DNA from: Mycobacteriales bacterium
GTDB lineage: Bacteria; Actinomycetota; Actinomycetes; Mycobacteriales; SCTD01
Direction of reading: 5' to 3'
Length of the DNA: 64,000 bases
NCBI GenBank assembly: GCA_038230355.1
Contig: JBBRNK010000022.1
Location: 474-64,473, forward strand
Each line of letters begins with the position of its first letter. Position 1 is the stretch's first letter. Below the pieces are notes generated by a model that searched no databases, had not been told where the DNA came from, and saw only the letters and a program-made list of their open reading frames with translations. Position numbers and translations under genes: made by a program. Below, one piece after another: positions 60,655 through 64,000 of this stretch.

Positions 60655-63264
60655 GTGGTCGACGTCGTACCCCCGCCCCCGCCGCACGACCGCGTCGAGC
60701 CTGTGGGCATCGAGGTCGAGATGCAGCGCTCCTACCTTGACTACGCGATGTCGGTCATCGTCGGCCGTGCCCTGCCGCGGGTCGAGGACGGCCTCAAGCC
60801 GGTGCACCGGCGCGTCCTCTACGCCATGTACGACGGCGGCTACCGCCCGGACCGCGGCTACTTCAAGTGCGCTCGTGTCGTGGGTGACGTCATGGCCAAC
60901 TACCACCCGCACGGCGACAGCTCGATCTACGACACCCTCGTCCGCCTGGCCCAGCCCTGGTCGCTTCGCTATCCCCTCGTGGACGGCAACGGTAACTTCG
61001 GGTCACCAGGCAACGACCCGGCGGCCGCCATGCGCTACACGGAGTGCCGGATGGCGCCGCTGGCGATGGAGATGCTGCGCGAGATCGACCAGGAGACGGT
61101 CGACTTCACCGCCAACTACGACGGCCGCAGCCAAGAGCCGGACATTCTCCCTAGCCGCATCCCCAACCTGTTGGTCAACGGCAGCAGCGGGATCGCGGTC
61201 GGCATGGCGACCAATATCCCACCGCACAACCTGCGCGAGGTCGCCTCCGGCGTGCTGTGGTCACTGGAGCACGCGGAGGCGAGCAGCGAGCAGCTGCTCG
61301 ACGCGCTGCTCGCGCGCGTCCAAGGCCCGGACTTCCCCACCGGCGGACTCATCGTCGGGCGGCAGGGGATCGAGGAGGCCTACCGCACGGGTCGCGGCAG
61401 CATCCGGATGCGCGCCGTCGTGACGGTCGACGAGGATGCCAAGGGCCGCACCATCCTGGTCGTCACCGAGCTGCCCTACCAGGTGAACCCCGACAACCTG
61501 GCGCTGTCGATCGCCGACCTCGTCAGGGACGGGCGGATCGCCGGGATCGCCGACGTCCGCGACGAGGGCTCGCTGCGGACCGGCCAGCGTCTGGTGATCG
61601 TGCTCAAGCGTGACGCTGTCGCCAAGGTCGTGCTCAACAACCTCTACAAGCACACCCAGCTGCAGTTCACCTTCGGCGCCAACATGCTGGCGATCGTCGA
61701 CGGCGTCCCGCGCACCCTGCGGCTCGACGAGTTCGTCCTCTACTACGTCGCCCACCAGGTCGACGTCATCGTGCGCCGGACCCGCTACCAGCTGCGCAAG
61801 GCCGAGGAGCGGGCGCACATCTTGCGCGCGCTGGGCAAGGCGCTGGACCAGCTGGACGCGGTCATCGCCCTGATCCGCGCCTCCGAGTCGGCCGACGCCG
61901 CACTGTCCGGGCTGCAGGCCCTGCTGGACATCGACGAGATCCAGGCACGGGCCATCCTCGACATGCAGCTGCGCCGGTTGGCTGCCCTGGAGCGGCAGCG
62001 GATCCTGGACGAGCTGGCCGAGCGCGAGGCCGAGATCGCCGACCTGACGGCGATCCTCGCCGACCCGGGACGTCAGCGCAGGATCATCGCCGAGGAGCTC
62101 ACCGAGATCGTCGAGAAGTACGGCGACGAGCGGCGTACCCGGCTGGTGCCGTTCGAGGGTGACATGAGCGCTGAGGACTTCATCGCCCAGGAGGACGTCG
62201 TCGTCACCGTCACGACCGGCGGCTACGCCAAGCGCACCAAGGCCGACCTCTACCGCAGCCAGCGGCGCGGCGGCAAGGGCGTCAAGGGTGCGCAGCTGCG
62301 CCAGGACGACGTCGTCCAGCACTTCTTCACGACCACCACACACCACTGGTTGCTGTTCTTCACCAACCAGGGCCGGGTCTACCGGGCCAAGGCGCACGAG
62401 CTGCCCGAGGCCAACAGAGACGCCCGTGGCCAGCATGTCGCGAACATCCTGGCGTTCCTGCCGGATGAGAAAATCGCTCAGGTGATCGATATCACCGACT
62501 ATGGGGTCTCGCCGTACCTCGTGCTGGCGACCCGCACCGGCAAGGTCAAGAAGACCGAGCTGGGTCGCTACGACTCCAACCGCGCCGGCGGGCTGATCGC
62601 CATCAACCTCGACGACGCCGACGAGCTCATCGGGGCCGCCCTGTGCGGCGCCGACGACGACCTGCTGCTCGTCAGCCGCAAAGGCATGGCGGTGCGGTTC
62701 ACTGCCGACGACGGCCAGCTGCGCCCGATGGGACGCGACACAGCCGGCGTGCGGGGCATGTCGTTCCGGGGCGAGGACGAGCTGCTCAGCATGGACGTGG
62801 TGCGGGCCGCCGACGAGGACCGGTTCGTCTTCACCGTCACCGACGGTGGCTTCGCCAAGCGCACCAAGGTCGAGCAGTACCGCGTGCAGGGTCGCGGGGG
62901 ACTGGGCATCAAGGCCGCGAAGCTCAACGACGACCGCGGCTCGCTGGTCGGCGCGCTCATCGTCGGGGAGGACGACGAGGTCCTGTGCATACGTTCCAGC
63001 GGCAGCGTGACGCGCAGCAGCGTCGCTGAGGTTGCCGCCAAGAACCGCGACACGATGGGCGTGAAGTTCGTGGCCCTCGACGGCGGCGACGCGGTCGTCG
63101 CGCTGGCGCGCAACGAGCCCGACGAGCCCGACGAGCTGGAGGTGACCCTCGAGGGGGTCGAGGCCGGGGACGCGACCCGCACCAGCGTGGACGAGGTCGC
63201 CATCCCCGACACTGAGGACGAGGGCGCTGACGAGGTGGCCCCTGACGACGGCGAGGACGCGTGA
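60655..63264 (+). CDS. gyrA: DNA gyrase subunit A
   Basis: [14 protein letters not shown] and AAMRYTE motifs; GyrA box QRRGGKG. Confidence 0.98.
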   Translation: MVDVVPPPPPHDRVEPVGIEVEMQRSYLDYAMSVIVGRALPRVEDGLKPVHRRVLYAMYDGGYRPDRGYFKCARVVGDVMANYHPHGDSSIYDTLVRLAQPWSLRYPLVDGNGNFGSPGNDPAAAMRYTECRMAPLAMEMLREIDQETVDFTANYDGRSQEPDILPSRIPNLLVNGSSGIAVGMATNIPPHNLREVASGVLWSLEHAEASSEQLLDALLARVQGPDFPTGGLIVGRQGIEEAYRTGRGSIRMRAVVTVDEDAKGRTILVVTELPYQVNPDNLALSIADLVRDGRIAGIADVRDEGSLRTGQRLVIVLKRDAVAKVVLNNLYKHTQLQFTFGANMLAIVDGVPRTLRLDEFVLYYVAHQVDVIVRRTRYQLRKAEERAHILRALGKALDQLDAVIALIRASESADAALSGLQALLDIDEIQARAILDMQLRRLAALERQRILDELAEREAEIADLTAILADPGRQRRIIAEELTEIVEKYGDERRTRLVPFEGDMSAEDFIAQEDVVVTVTTGGYAKRTKADLYRSQRRGGKGVKGAQLRQDDVVQHFFTTTTHHWLLFFTNQGRVYRAKAHELPEANRDARGQHVANILAFLPDEKIAQVIDITDYGVSPYLVLATRTGKVKKTELGRYDSNRAGGLIAINLDDADELIGAALCGADDDLLLVSRKGMAVRFTADDGQLRPMGRDTAGVRGMSFRGEDELLSMDVVRAADEDRFVFTVTDGGFAKRTKVEQYRVQGRGGLGIKAAKLNDDRGSLVGALIVGEDDEVLCIRSSGSVTRSSVAEVAAKNRDTMGVKFVALDGGDAVVALARNEPDEPDELEVTLEGVEAGDATRTSVDEVAIPDTEDEGADEVAPDDGEDA

Positions 63265-63887
63265 CCCGGCCCGGAGGTGACCCTCCCGAGGACAGTTCTT
63301 CGCGCGGCACTGCCCGTCCCCGCGGTCCGAAGCGCCCGCCGGCAGCCCCACCGTCCAGATCCCCGTCCGGCCCGGCCGGTTCGGCGGCCGAACCCCCGGT
63401 CACCGGTGCGGCCTCGGCGACCCAGACAGTCGTACCGGAGCGGGCCACGGGCATCGGAAGGCCGACACCACCCCGATTCGCCCAGGGCGGACCCGGTGCG
63501 TCGGCGGCCAACACCGCAGTGCAAGGAGCCCGGCCGGTCCGGACCCGGCGGGCCAGGCTGTCGCTGCGCCGCCTCGACCCGTGGTCGGTGTTCGTGATGA
63601 CGCTGCTGCTCTCCTTGTTCCTCGCGATCATCACCATGGTCGCGGCCCTCGTCCTGTACGCGGTGATGGACGGCCTCGGCATCCCGGCGAGCATCAACAA
63701 GGCAGTGACCGACGTGCAGGGGGGAGGGGCCATCCTGACCCGTGGACGTTTCCTCGGCGCTGCCGCGCTGCTGGCCGCCGTCAACGTCGTGCTGCTGACG
63801 CTGCTCGCCACCCTCGGGGCGGTTCTGTACAACCTGTCCGCGTCCTTTGCAGGAGGCCTCGAGCTGACCTTGGCCGAACGCGACTGA
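63261..63887 (+). CDS. DUF3566 membrane protein
   Basis: [14 protein letters not shown], two transmembrane helices, YNL..F.GG; conserved position after gyrA. Confidence 0.88.
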   Translation: MTRPGGDPPEDSSSRGTARPRGPKRPPAAPPSRSPSGPAGSAAEPPVTGAASATQTVVPERATGIGRPTPPRFAQGGPGASAANTAVQGARPVRTRRARLSLRRLDPWSVFVMTLLLSLFLAIITMVAALVLYAVMDGLGIPASINKAVTDVQGGGAILTRGRFLGAAALLAAVNVVLLTLLATLGAVLYNLSASFAGGLELTLAERD

Positions 63888-63957
63888 CGGCCTCGCCCCG
63901 GGACGGGCGTCGCCTCGGTTCGTGTAGGCTCGCCGACTGTGCCGCTCCCGGTTCACC

Positions 63958-64000
63958 GGGCCTGTAGCTCAGCTGGTTAGAGCGCATCCCTGATAAGGAT
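63958..64000 (+). tRNA. tRNA-Ile(GAT), 5' part, truncated by the window end
   Basis: GGGCCTGTAGCTCAGCTGGTTAGAGCGCATCCCT-GAT-AAGG; usual position after gyrA-DUF3566. Confidence 0.93.

Overview
High-GC actinomycete chromosome covering the replication-origin region. From about 14.2 kb onward it follows the conserved actinobacterial origin synteny: dnaB, rplI-rpsR-ssb-rpsF, nfo, GT87-ponA, padR-ino1, cca, nudix-DUF6049-murJ, pseudokinase-sigM-rsmA-trxB-trxA-cwlM, parB-parA-rsmG-jag-yidC-yidD-rnpA-rpmH, dnaA-oriC-dnaN-gnd-recF-dciA-gyrB-gyrA-DUF3566 and a partial tRNA-Ile. The first 14 kb is an accessory patchwork: an amidase, a frameshifted quinone oxidoreductase, an ABC1 kinase, a TetR/MDR pair, a glnA4-type gamma-glutamylation cluster and several gene stubs, two of them VapC remnants. 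The most notable items are: (1) an unannotated 191-aa CxxC/CxxC protein directly upstream of dnaB, between two DnaA-box groups and preceded by a PafBC/RecA-NDp-like leaderless promoter, a candidate damage-inducible replication accessory; (2) a 268-aa class 3 intein in the DnaB P-loop with a decayed LAGLIDADG domain and a conserved Cys48; (3) a pilin-like/NlpC-P60/c-di-AMP-riboswitch/NlpC-P60 cassette between murJ and its pseudokinase partner; (4) two parS sites forming a near-perfect 46-bp palindrome between gyrB and gyrA; (5) a 40-aa leaderless membrane peptide coupled to the GNAT gene. All calls come from reading the sequence; no database searches were run.
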